The notes beneath the pieces were generated by a model. It had not been told where the DNA came from and did no database searches. It saw only the letters and a list, made by a program, of their open reading frames with translations. Made by a program: the position numbers and the translations under genes. From contig NMRA01000179.1 of assembly GCA_002633005.1 (NCBI GenBank), positions 581,247 through 645,246 of the forward strand: a stretch of DNA of 64,000 nucleotides, given 5' to 3'. This DNA is from Phoronis australis. Lineage: Eukaryota; Animalia; Phoronida. Below are positions 49,648-61,194 of this stretch, one piece after another; position 1 is the first letter of the stretch; each line of letters begins with the position of its first letter.

Positions 49648-50745
49648 CGGATTGTTGTGAACACGCCTCGAGCCCCACACCCCACGACCCCCTCGACCCA
49701 CGAACCCCTCGACCCAAAGCACCCAACGACCCACGACCTGTGGCACTGGATGTGTCTTAGCGTTTTTAACCAGAGGCGGATCTACACGGTTCGGGGGTTC
49801 ACCCCTCCTTCGGGGCAGGATCGAAAGTAAAAATCGAAAAAAAATTCGCCAGAAAAACGAAATAAGTTACTAAAAATCACAAAAAAAATCTTACACGGGA
49901 GGAGAGAAACCGTCTCCCGACCTTCCTTCCCCACAGTGCTACGCGCCTCGGATTCGTTCGAATCCTAAACCCCCTTTGCTGAAAACGTAGATCTGCCACT
50001 GTTTACACATGTCATAATCATATTACGTTGCTCAATAAATTTCCCATCAGACAAAAGTACATGCGAGTCTGTACTGGCTCAAGTCTGGGGGTTAAAAACG
50101 GAAAGTGGCGTGAGAATGTTATCTGTTGCGAGTGCGATATCGTTGCCACGAAAACAGTTCCACGAGCTGTTAACAATGGCCCTGTTCAGTCTAACTTCGG
50201 GAGAGAGTATGATAATTTCGCATTTTAGTTGCTTTCTGTTGTATTCTTATATACAGTATATTCCATATAAGGTTAAAATACCTTTTTGTTAACAGTTTGT
50301 TTTTATAACTGTATTTACTGAAGAAATTATAAATTCGTCAGCTCCTTGTACTCTCCCAAAAAGCTTGATTCAGCCATTCACTGAAGAGCAGACGAGACGA
50401 TTACACTCTGCCTGAAACGAAATTTGTAACGTTGGTAGGTCGTTGATTTGATTTTGTCGCTTCATTTTATTACTTTGCTGATATTTGGCTTTCAAACTTG
50501 CCGATTCGCCTCCTTTAATTGCAAAAAAACAGGGAAACGCCATCCGAGTTCACGGCCCAACTCGTTAGTGCTGCAAGTCAGCGCTTTTCCTAAGTTCAGA
50601 GAGAGAGTTCAGGCTTTGTAGACTGGGTCGACGGATTTGGAGTCGTTGGTCGCAGGGGCCGTGAGTCGAGGGAGTCGGGGGTCGAGGGGTACGTTGGTCG
50701 AGGGGTCGTGTGTTGTGGGGGCCGAGGGGTTTTAGAACAACTCTG
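49648..50745. mobile_element. Non-autonomous TIR element with subterminal GGTCGWG/CWCGACC heptamer arrays
   Basis: The left end (ggattgttgtgaa...ccacgacccc/ctcgaccc repeats) is inverted relative to the right end (ggtcgagggg/gtcgtg repeats...ttagaacaactc). Confidence 0.65.
49771..50001. mobile_element. hAT-like MITE, same terminal family, nested in the heptamer-repeat element
   Basis: CAGAGGCGGATCTAC ... GTAGATCTGCCACTG. Confidence 0.7.
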
Positions 50746-52256
50746 CTTTCACTACACTAAAATTCAGATACATGTAGAAGTTTGACCTTGTCATCAAAGT
50801 AAAAGTCTGCAAGTTGTTGTCAAATGCGCGTGCTATCATAGATTGTAGTACATGGACCGCCAACTCCGTATATTTTCAATAGACGAAATCTGTGTTCTTA
50901 CGCAACAGTCGTGACTTCACTATTCACTAGCGACACCTGGCAAAATTAGCAAGTTTTACTTCCAGCAAGTACGTACGTCGTCTGGTAACCAAGATCATTT
51001 CGTCGAGATTTGGATTGACGATTTTGCCCAACTTACATATCCCGTGTTTAAATAAATCGTACTCTTGTTTAACGTTGACTTTTTAAATAAAGCTCATATT
51101 AATAACCCAGAAATAACGACCAGGACTGCTCAAAAACCAATCTCGGACTTCAACAGCAGTTTACTTGGCGTTTCATTTTAAGCTCGAATGCACGCCGGTG
51201 CCGCTCAAACTTTCTGGACTCTACTGTTGGAAGAACTTGAACATCGTTTCAATGCCGATTTTTTTCGTTGTATTAGACAGTAAATACTGGGATGCGATAT
51301 TTTCAATACACAATACACTAATCGGAAACTGAAATTGGTCATTTAGGAGAGTGGCGCCTCCTCTATGGTACTAAGCAAGGAAACGTCGGAGTTGTGAATC
51401 TGTTGTCTATAATCTATGGTGCCATGAAACTTCTGTAATGTATAAGTTCTGTTTATTGTAAATATAGATCATTTGACACAAAATACTGTAATCCTACGAT
51501 AACCTATAATTGTCATTTTGTTCATCGTCGCTGCCCGGTCACATGTAGGTTAATGTCTAATTTAGTTACGCTCACTTAACTTATGACTTCCAATGGAAAC
51601 GTTAGCGCAGGACGCAGTCAATGCACGTTCCTGGAAACTGAAAGCTTGGTACAAAATTAAGCCAGCGGGAAACCAACATGATAACAACCTTCTTTTTCTG
51701 TCACTGGTTAGTTGACATGTCGTGCGTAAAGTTATATATGTATTACCTGCGACAAACATAAAATTTCACTCGCCGTTTATCTGTCTCAATAATAGGCAAG
51801 TTGTTGTGTTTTGGGAATTATTGATACAAAATTTGGAAATCTGTGGAAAAATACAGAAACAGATTTGGTATGACCTTGTTCACAGTTGAAAGCTTACAAA
51901 CCCTTTCTTTATTTAGAGTTGAGTTGGATCGAGTTGACTCTTACCTAATCTTAAGAAAATGTGTGATTTCAGTTCTAGCTGTGCTGAAAAATTCAGCCAA
52001 TCGGCGAGTGGCAAACAGAACTAGTTCTTAGTTCGATTTAAGACGTATTTTCAATACAGTGAACAAGATATGCGATGAAGACAATTGCCTATACAAATAG
52101 CCTTAAAATTTAATTAACGTGATAATCTAAGTATTTCAATTTACTCCAAACAATGATTAGCCCGCCAATTACATGTACGTTGCAAAAGCTGATATCACGA
52201 TGTTGTGATGTATATGATAACGTCACACGGAAATAAACGAACTTCGTATCGATAAA

Positions 52257-52867
52257 GCGTGCTGATCGGTTTAACCATTTGAGGCTTGGTGAGAAGAAAT
52301 TCATTCACTGGTCAAAATTCTGACATATTGTTACGGAAATCTCCGAAATACCACGTTTGATATTAAGATATTTCGACTCTGAAATCTGATGTAGGAAATA
52401 CAAAAAATCAAAATGAGCGGTATCCATGCATCAATATAGCTTTTGTTCATTGAAAATTTGATGTCCGTGTATTCGAATTCAATAGCAGGATAATTCCAAT
52501 GGTGCTTTCAATAAAACAGAATCGACAATAAGTACACGATCACCTTATATTTCAATCAATAAGGAAAACAATATCTTTATTTGCTTTCAACTCACAATGT
52601 TAGCAACCATAACGCCTATGACAAGAATTACATGTAAAATCTACGTTTGCATCTTGCTTAATTTCTGATAAAAGTAATCAAGTCTGTCACGTTAAAGAAG
52701 TAAGAAGCAAAATCTTCAAGAACTTGTATTTAAGTATTAAGAGATACAGAAGTGTTTGAAGTTTTTTTGTGTCGTTCTTTGTCAGCGGTGAACGTCATCT
52801 ACGGCCAAGTAGCGCTCACAAGGGATAGCTCCTCACCAAGCCTCAAATGGCTGATTCAATCGGCGCC
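52257..52867. mobile_element. Degenerate TIR element (Kolobok-like, TTAA on right flank)
   Basis: CCATTTGAGGCTTGGTGAG (52275-52293) is inverted at 52832-52850; right end ggcgcc|ttaa. Confidence 0.55.
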
Positions 52868-55800
52868 TTAAGGCTTAGGAACTAGGCTGCCAGGGTTGCA
52901 AACAAGATTGCGCGTATCTCCTCGTAGTGTTTAGCAATGTTTATGAATATTGTATAATTTTGAAACACTTTGCTAAATACAAGTACACTTATGGATTTTA
53001 AAGATACGAAAGTGTTACGATGGTTGTGTTACTATTGTGACTCTTATTGTTAAACTCATTGGGGTTTAGGTGACTTTAGTTGACAGGGCCGTTACAAAAG
53101 GCATACTAAGAAATATATAGTATGAGGAAAAATATATTCAAAAGAGAATTTGCAAAATTACTGGACGTTTTTGCTCAAAAGTCACTTATAAGTACAAACG
53201 AAGTATATAGTTGCTGTATCAGATCAGCACTTGTTTGTGTACGTATAGGTGTACATGTGTGCCCTATTTTGTGATGATCCTCAAGTTTGCTTACATTTCC
53301 TTCTGTGAATACCACCTAGGGGTGTGCCTCTCGGTGACATCACACGAGAGCAGGACAACGGGGGTGGCGGAAGAGAACAAAGGGAGAACTGTTTATCAAC
53401 AAGATTATAATGCTGTGTTGTCAAACGTTTTCCAAACAGCTGTTACACTGCCCTTGATAGGAATCCAATCATGATATTGTACGCACCTTGAGCAAATTTT
53501 AGACTTACGATTAGAAGGAAATTCGGTAAGAAGTCATATCGGTTAAGGACAGTTGTCACAGATGATTCCAAGAATACTATCTATTGTCAAATAACGTAGA
53601 AAATATATCTGAAACTAAATAAGGCGATCCAGAACCTCCCAAGGATACTATTGTTTCGTGAAATGAAGAATATAAATCGGTAAATAAAACAACAAGAATG
53701 GATCAACTGAAATTTGAAATTTTCGGAGGTAACAACTTCCTTTATCAACAAAAACAGAAATAAAGTAAAATCAAACACAAAATGACAAGAACGTCATTAA
53801 GAATGAATTATTGATTAAGATGGAGCTATCTGGAGGAAACTCCTACACGTCGCTGATACTGTCGTGGTATGTTTGATGTGTGCTTGTCTAAAGGATTAAG
53901 TAATGATCTGGCAACAAATATTTCTACCATTTTGGAGAGGTCATGAACCGTAGCAAGCTACCATTCTTTGTGAGTGAAACTCATTTTTATCGAAATATGG
54001 AGAAGTTAGTGACATGCGTTTCTATTACTTTCCTCTGCTATACGAAATGCCGTTGTAAGGACAAACGTTATTTAGAACTATCCAAATTTGGATGACTGCG
54101 GAACGTCATATTATCAATGATATTGGTTTGATAAAACACTAGAAAACATTTTTCATGTATGGTCTATACACTCTTCGCCAAAACGCGTTTAGAATTGAGT
54201 TTTTAAAATGTTCCACTTTTGCTTGAGGAGTATCAAAAGTATGAGTGATTTTCATAAATTATCAAAAGTTGAACAAATATGAATGAAATAAACCGAAAAC
54301 GAAATAGTTTTTTTGAAAACTGACGCAGGGTTTTTGAATTTTCGAACATGACTATCAGTATCTAGTGAATATTGATGGCGTTATTCTGATATGAATGTAC
54401 TTTTTGCCCACTTCCATAGGACATAAGTTTCCACGATGGACATTTTCTCTGCCTTTTAGGGGAATCACTTCTCATTGTATTTGTGTTTTGAGACGAAGAT
54501 TTTAAACAACCGTGTGTTTCAGAGTTATGATGCACACCGTCAACTCATTTCCCGTGACTAGCTATGATCCTTGCTCAAGGGAAATTATTTATAGAGCAGT
54601 TAACGTCATTTTTGCTTCAAGTTAAATGTCCAGAATGGTGATCGACACGGTTGTGTAAGGGTAAGCTGACTGCGCGGCCCGACGAGCTAGTAAGTAGATT
54701 TGCAGTTTTCCGGCTAATTCACCTTAATAATCAAGGGTACACATTTTTTTGTTCATTAGTATAGCCTTTTCGTTAGTTTAGAACTGAAAAAATTGCAAGT
54801 CTAAAATCACACAACACGCAGCAATGTTCTCCTGTCTGCATTTCACCGAAGAGACCCCAAACTCCCGCGACTGACCTTAGTAAATTGGACCACCGAACTT
54901 TGTACGTTGCGGTACGTTCAGATACCTGAAATTCCGTAACAGCGAAATATAATAACACGTTTTTTCAATATTTCGATGTATTTATAAGAGTTTTACATTG
55001 AATTTTGGTGATTTATTCGTGCAAAACGATGAATTCAAGCGATAAGCTGACACCAGTAAGCGTGGTGTGAACTGCTGAACAGACTGCATTTGAACCTCTG
55101 ACGTCATTGGTTAATTTCAACACCTACAGTACGTCTGCCGTTAGGTTTCAGGTAAAAGAGCTGTATTTGCTGTCGTCAATTGGAACTACTCGATCTAAAC
55201 TGATACAAAATACAATTGATACAAAATGTTTTTTGGGTATCATTCTCCCTAAATGAACGTAACCTGTTCTCCGGGACAGATGGAGTTTCTTGCTGTGCTT
55301 TCGCGAGGTACGGACTATAGTACTGTTCTAAGCGCTGGACAAAGCAAACCTCCTGTGTCCGCCACTACATGTAACCAGTCAACCGTTTCTCAAGAAGGGT
55401 GCGGGACGCTCCCGAGAGCTAGGAGAGTTTAAGTGAGTACACAACGAAATCTTAAAGTCTGACAACGGATTATCACTTTTTTCGTTTAGCAGCAATGGAT
55501 GCTGATCATGTCGTTATCTGTGCAATTTATTTATTAATTTAACTGTAATCATTGGCAAGTACAGGCATACAATTAAACTTTAAAGTTAAACTACTAACAA
55601 ATAAATTATTTAACATGCAACAGAATACATACAATACAAATTCACGTTCATATACACCCACTTCGTAGAGTACACAACAAAATCTGTGGCAAATCTAGAG
55701 ATGGAAACAAAGACGCTTAAACCTAAGCTAACAGAAATTCTGTTTCCAGTGCGAGTCTCGAGAAAATTGTATTTTCTGTAAAATTGAAATATAGAATATA

Positions 55801-56054
55801 TTGAGATCCACTGAGCTACAGCTTAAGAGGTACCTGCGTGATTTTCTGTATGAAAGCTGCAGTTTATAAACACAAGCACGATAATGAGTCTTCTTGATTC
55901 AGAGATCTATAACTATACACAGCTATTATACACACAAATAATATGGAGTACAATCGAAAAAGTTGTAGGTTATAGCTCTGTTTCCATTCTGGTGTAAACG
56001 GTATTCATCAAAACTTTTATACTAAAACTAAGAGATTCAGTTTATCACACACTA

Positions 56055-56200
56055 TTAAATCGGGAAGTGATTATCGACATCTCTGCAATACTTGTTGTTG
56101 CTTGTTGATGTGGAAAACGTTGGCGAGGGAGCACCAATTAACACCCACGATGACGGAATCTGACAACATCCGGCGGAGTATGGCATTATGGGTACCATGA
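56055..56200 (-). CDS. IGFBP-domain gene, probable terminal coding exon
   Basis: Acceptor catttcccgtttcag|. The phase-1 frame is open (VMVPIMPYSAGCCQIPSSWVLIGAPSPTFSTSTSNNKYCRDVDNHFPI) and ends in a double stop TAA TAG. An AATAAA lies on the minus strand near 55530. A second frame is also open, so an unseen intervening exon is possible. Confidence 0.55.
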
Positions 56201-56692
56201 CTGAAACGGGAAATGCGTCAGTATATTACATGTATCTCTACAGGGCTAAAAATTACAACAGTTTTATACATCAACCTTACATGAAGTCTCATATTCAAGT
56301 TGTGTCATGAAATTAACATTTCATTTAAAGCGTTTGAGTTATAAAACATTACAAAACTTGCCAATACTCTATTAATTACTTATTTATTTTAGTGTATCAT
56401 GTGCACAATTAAACACGAGTTGTCTAATTACGGATATTTAAGGTGCGATTCGAACCAACGTTTACACTCGACAATGAAATTTTAAAAAAAAGTGTTATTG
56501 TCAAAATCTGTTACTAACACTTTTAGATCGAACCTCCGGAGTCCAAGTTTAAATAGATTCAAGTGATTCACCAGCTTCAATTAACCACGACAGGTAGTTA
56601 AATCAATAACAGCCAACAAGCACTGACAATGTCTCAAACTGTTGCTCTGTTAACACCAGCAAATAGTAATTCGATTTCCGACATTCACTGGC

Positions 56693-57078
56693 AACAGCTT
56701 ATTATTTAAAATGACTTATTCTTATTAAAATGACATAAGCAAAAAATTGAATTTCGGACCTCAAAAGCGAGGTCCCCTATATTAATATAGGGGGCCTCGC
56801 TGAACGGAAGCCGGAGAGCGGGGCCCCCTATATTAATATAGGGGGCCCCGCTCTCCGGCCTCCTTTCGGCGGGGCCCCCTATATTAATATAGGGGGCCCC
56901 GCTCTCCGGCCTCCTTTGGGCGGGGCCCCCTATATTAATATAGGGGGCCCCGCTCTCCGGCCTCCCTTCAGCGAGGCCCCCTATATTAATATAGGGGACC
57001 TCGCTTTTGAGGTCCGAAATTCAATTTTTTGCTTATGTCATTTTAATAAGAATAAGTCATTTTAAATAATAAGCTGTT
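56693..57078. mobile_element. Young fold-back/MITE element: ~159-bp TIRs, internal hairpin array, 4-bp TSD TGGC
   Basis: The first 112 bp are a perfect reverse complement of the last 112 bp, with only 2 mismatches over 159 bp. TGGC at 56689-56692 and 57079-57082. Five CCTATATTAATATAGG palindromes at a 51-bp period. Confidence 0.9.
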
Positions 57079-59182
57079 TGGCGTGTCTGCTTTTCCCAGT
57101 GAAAGTTTCATCTTCGATGAAATAGCTTTACTGTAATAACAGGAAATATAGGCATAAAAATGTCAGTATTATAAAAGCCTGGGCTGGGAGTCAGAGTTAT
57201 CTATCCCGCACCAGTTGCCCACGTACATTGTATATTCCACCATTACGATTACCACCAAATGATGTGCTTGTGTTCCTGCGTGGCAGTTTCTTTTCGAGAC
57301 CTAAACGAGGACTCAATTTTTTTGTATTTTCTTAACGAGGACCACTTAAAATTATTCACTAGCGGCAGCAAAAGGCCATCTGTGGGGTTAGCGGAAACCT
57401 TAATTGTTGCCATCTAAATTAACATTTGCTGCCTCGCATGATACTGCGTTCTATCATTGGTTCTATCGTGACTCACATATGACCGTTGCCTCACGGTGGT
57501 GTTGCGTACAAAGATTACCAGCATTTTGAACATATATGATAATTTGTATCTTTACCCACATGATCTTAGTTCATGCATGTATCAGTAGCACAATTTACGC
57601 AGCATCGTTAGAAAGGTTTGAAAATGAGGTATGTGATAGATATCTGCTACAGTTACGCATTTTGTACGCCATGATGCTATGTGATCAGCACGAGCCCAAT
57701 GGCCGGTTGCATAAAACAGTCCTAAATAGTGACACAACTAAGTTAGTACATCTACTGCGTATTTGTGGACTTTTGAAAACACTGATTGTTCTTTCTTGTG
57801 CTGTTTCAGTTTCATCACTAAGGAATATTTGGCTTTGGTACAAATGGAGAGTGAACTAGACACTGAATTCTCAGTATTATCGAAAATGTATAGGGATCTT
57901 TTCATGATGTAACGATCCTAAATTAAAGACTAAGTCCCTGCTTATTTTAATTGAATTCAGGGCTCACGTTTTAGTTATAATATTAGAAAATGCCTTTAGT
58001 CAAAAGGAGATCATAATAAATATGAAATGATAGATAAATATTACATCTGTGAGTAAACAATGACGCAAATAGGCAAAACATTTAGGGAATTTCATTGAGT
58101 CCCTATTTAGGAATGCTTCATGCAACCCGGCATAGGAGCCTGTTTCTCGGAAGAATCTTGGCAAAACGTTGTTTGTATCTTTCGACTTTGGCTTTTAGTT
58201 TGCTACAAATTTACATTATTTGTATATATTGTGGCTTCGAGTTGTAGACATATTTTCAGACTTTAATAAAGCCTTAGCCTCACTTTGTGAAACATGCTAA
58301 GCCATCCGTAAACTGATTTTTAGCCAATACATGTAAATAATGAATCCTTCGAATACCCCTTCCTTGGTACGACACACATAACAGCTCTGACTAATAAACA
58401 GGCTTTGGTAGTTTTCTTTTAATTTGTATACTCAAAAAGAACTAAACAAAGGTTTACGACACTATTTGACTCTGGTACGAATTCAAGGTACGAGGTAACC
58501 GGTGATGGGAATCATACCGAAAAGAAATAACCGCTGACTACGACAAAATATAATTCAGAAACAAAAACAAGACACCAAGACACGTCTGCTACGGTTAGAT
58601 AGACTCTAATGTCTGGTGAATACTGTAGGTGGAGCTAGTTTTCCAAATGCGTTGGGACAAATGTGACCTTTACCCTATATTGTTATGAAGGGTGTAAAAA
58701 TGTACTTGTAGAGATGGAGATGTCCTACTAAATTTTATTACCTACTTCAGTCTATAAAAATGATATAAACTCACTAGTCATTCTAATATAAAGAATTCCG
58801 TGAACAACACACCCAAATTTTAAATCTTAGAAGTATTTAAGCTCACTGTTTTTTAGAAAAGTTTCGAACACACAGTTATGTCGGTAAAATTTTGGAAGAT
58901 GGTTGATTCGTTATAATTTGATACAGCTTCTCTCCATAGCCTCGAGGCCAATGATTTGGTGAAGTTGCAAAAATAACCAGGAAATTTCCCAAAACGACTT
59001 CAAAATACCGGCGCCAAATTTGTTTGCTATCGCTCCCCGATGATGAACGCCAGTTGACCGTCAGTTGGATTGACATGACTCATTTTATTGATAACTTGGC
59101 TTAAGTTAATTACATAAAATAACAAGATTTTTCATAGCAGGGATCTGCAACATTATATCCCGTGAAATACATAATTATTTAC

Positions 59183-59322
59183 CTTCAGGAAAGGATTTTC
59201 CATATTTGTTGTTATCGTTTTGCCGCAATTCTTCAAACTTATGTAGAATCTGTGGATTTATCATCTCAAAGGTACTGCTCTGACATTCCCTGGCAGTGAT
59301 ACCCGGACAAAGCTTGATTATA
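59183..59322 (-). CDS. IGFBP-domain gene, exon 2
   Basis: Acceptor gcaatttctag|, donor AAG|GTAAAT, 140 nt. Open in the phase-2 frame: IIKLCPGITARECQSSTFEMINPQILHKFEELRQNDNNKYGKSFPE. Confidence 0.7.
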
Positions 59323-60188
59323 CTAGAAATTGCATGTTTTTCGCAGTCTCGGTTCTTTTTTAATAGATAATAATCGGAAATGTCATCATGGCGTCATGTA
59401 TCTGGCTCACTTCCGAAAAGTCTTGTCCGTTCCTGCATCATTGCTTAGAAAGTAATCGCTTAAAGTAATTCAAGTCCGAGAAAAACTACTAAAACTAATA
59501 TTAGTTAACCCCATCTGTCATTTGGATAAATAATACCCACGTAATTTCCGGTGTCTCCTAAGCAATTAACCACCTTCGTTGAATATTCTTTTAATAGCTT
59601 CCATTGGCTACGTGGTAATATGGATGACAATTCCACATAGGGAATCGTTGTGCAATAAATGTGAGATAACTCGGCTGTACTGTATACACGTTATACAGGC
59701 ATTATTAATCTTGACAAACGACGTTAACCTTCAAACACCGAGAGCAGCTACTTATGGCCAGATGGTCACGGTCTGCATACATGTACGATGCATTAACAGT
59801 AATTGTACAACCATGAATTTTTATGGGTTACTTTTTAAAATCAAAATGGTGGGGATTAAGGACTTCTACAAATCAATAAATATGTTCACTCATATACGGC
59901 CTTGTAGATATAGTGTACATGTATAGACCTACAACTACTGCGTAATCATACTGAAATATTTTGCCTATTTTAAGAACGTGTCAGATTTACAGAAAAGACG
60001 TGTTTTATAGACATTCATGCAATATTAGATCTCGATGAAAAACGCCTATGATTAAAGCACCATTTTTTTCATCAATAGAAGATTTTTAAAATAATTATTT
60101 GTGCCACTTTGTGTATGTACAGTACGCGTGACTCAATATTCAGTTGTTTAGCGGTGATTCCGCTACAGGTGAGATAACTGATATTTAC

Positions 60189-60556
60189 ATATTTGAGTAT
60201 ACCTCATTACTTCTTTCTTTAATGCAAATCGCGTTCCCTTCCAAGAACGCCAGCATTTCGTTGTCCTCTGCCGTTGGTAGAGGCGCGCACTGCAGACCGG
60301 TAGCACAGTATGGTTCGTACACCCCACACCTCTCTCCTGTTTTTCGTGCGCAGACGGGACAGCAAGGGCACATGCCAGGGCCTTGGATTATCTCGCAGTC
60401 GTCCAGTTTTGGACATTTCTTCAGGTCACATTTAGGACAACCCTTGAAATATTTGTTGTAAAAGTCTTCATCAGCTCCATCGATAGCACGTCCTAGAACT
60501 TTACACGACAAAGCGACTGTCAACACCACTGCCAGCAATACCCATGTGTACGTCAT
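60189..60556 (-). CDS. IGFBP N-terminal (IB) domain protein, exon 1: signal peptide plus IB domain
   Basis: Hydrophobic leader MTYTWVLLAVVLTVALSC. CPKCDLKKCP...C...GMCPCCPVCARKTGERCGVYEPYCATGLQCAP...LEGNAIC is the IGFBP/perlustrin-type IB signature (a GCGCCxxC variant, CGVY, CxxGLxC). The donor AT|GTAAAT at 60189 gives the phase needed for the next exon; an alternative GAG|GTATAC lies at 60203. Confidence 0.93.
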
Positions 60557-60937
60557 GACGCGAGAAGAAATAGAAATTGGTTATATGCAGTATCAATTAT
60601 TGATATGTGATCTCGGATACCAATACTGTGACAGTCTTCTCGCTGCAGTCTATTATAAGCGGCAAAGATCTCGTAAGCGGAAACTAATACAAGTGCTCAG
60701 AAAGCTGTTAACATAAGTAGCGTCAGTACCTCGGTGACGAAACGCGCTTCTTTCCGGTGCTGAATATAAAATGGTGAAATTGTCTAAACAGCAGTACTTA
60801 AATGAATCACAAAGAAGTTTTACGCCAAAACCAGTCGCACCTGTACTACTTTTGACACAAACGTTTTGAATCCGCTCCCGATACCGACACTTCACAAACT
60901 CTGGCTTTGACTTTATCAGATTTCCTCCAACGTCGGG

Positions 60938-60947
60938 CCTTTTATAC
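60938..60947 (-). promoter_or_regulatory. TATA box of the IGFBP-domain gene
   Basis: GTATAAAAGG on the minus strand about 385 bp upstream of the ATG, which would put the TSS near 60910. Confidence 0.5.
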
Positions 60948-61186
60948 TTTTCTATTCGTCATTTGAATTTGATCAATCAAATTGTATTCTATAAATGCGC
61001 AAAATCGCTGCGGCCACGTCAGTTCTCGATTCCGTGTTACATTAGTTAGTCAATTCTTATCTATTCTTTGCACCTATTTTAGGATTTCCATATCTCTGAA
61101 ATTTATCCGTTATACGGTCGTTAGTGGCTTTAAAAGACAATGAAACATTTTAGTTACCAGGAAGGTGATCGGAAACCTAACTCCAG

Positions 61187-61194
61187 TGACGTCA
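61187..61194. promoter_or_regulatory. Palindromic CRE (TGACGTCA) upstream of the IGFBP-domain gene
   Basis: Exact CREB/ATF consensus about 240 bp upstream of the TATA box; function is inferred. Confidence 0.3.

Noticed and set aside
56760-57010. Regularly spaced palindromic repeats resembling a CRISPR array
   Set aside because: The spacers are near-identical and only 17 nt, there are no cas genes, the context is a eukaryotic intron, and the array is enclosed by TIRs and a TSD.
56651-57130. Removing the fold-back element restores a frame ending ...RITICWC, reminiscent of the thyroglobulin CWCV motif
   Set aside because: A stop follows immediately, the entry phase does not match exon 2, and no other thyroglobulin motifs are present; probably chance.
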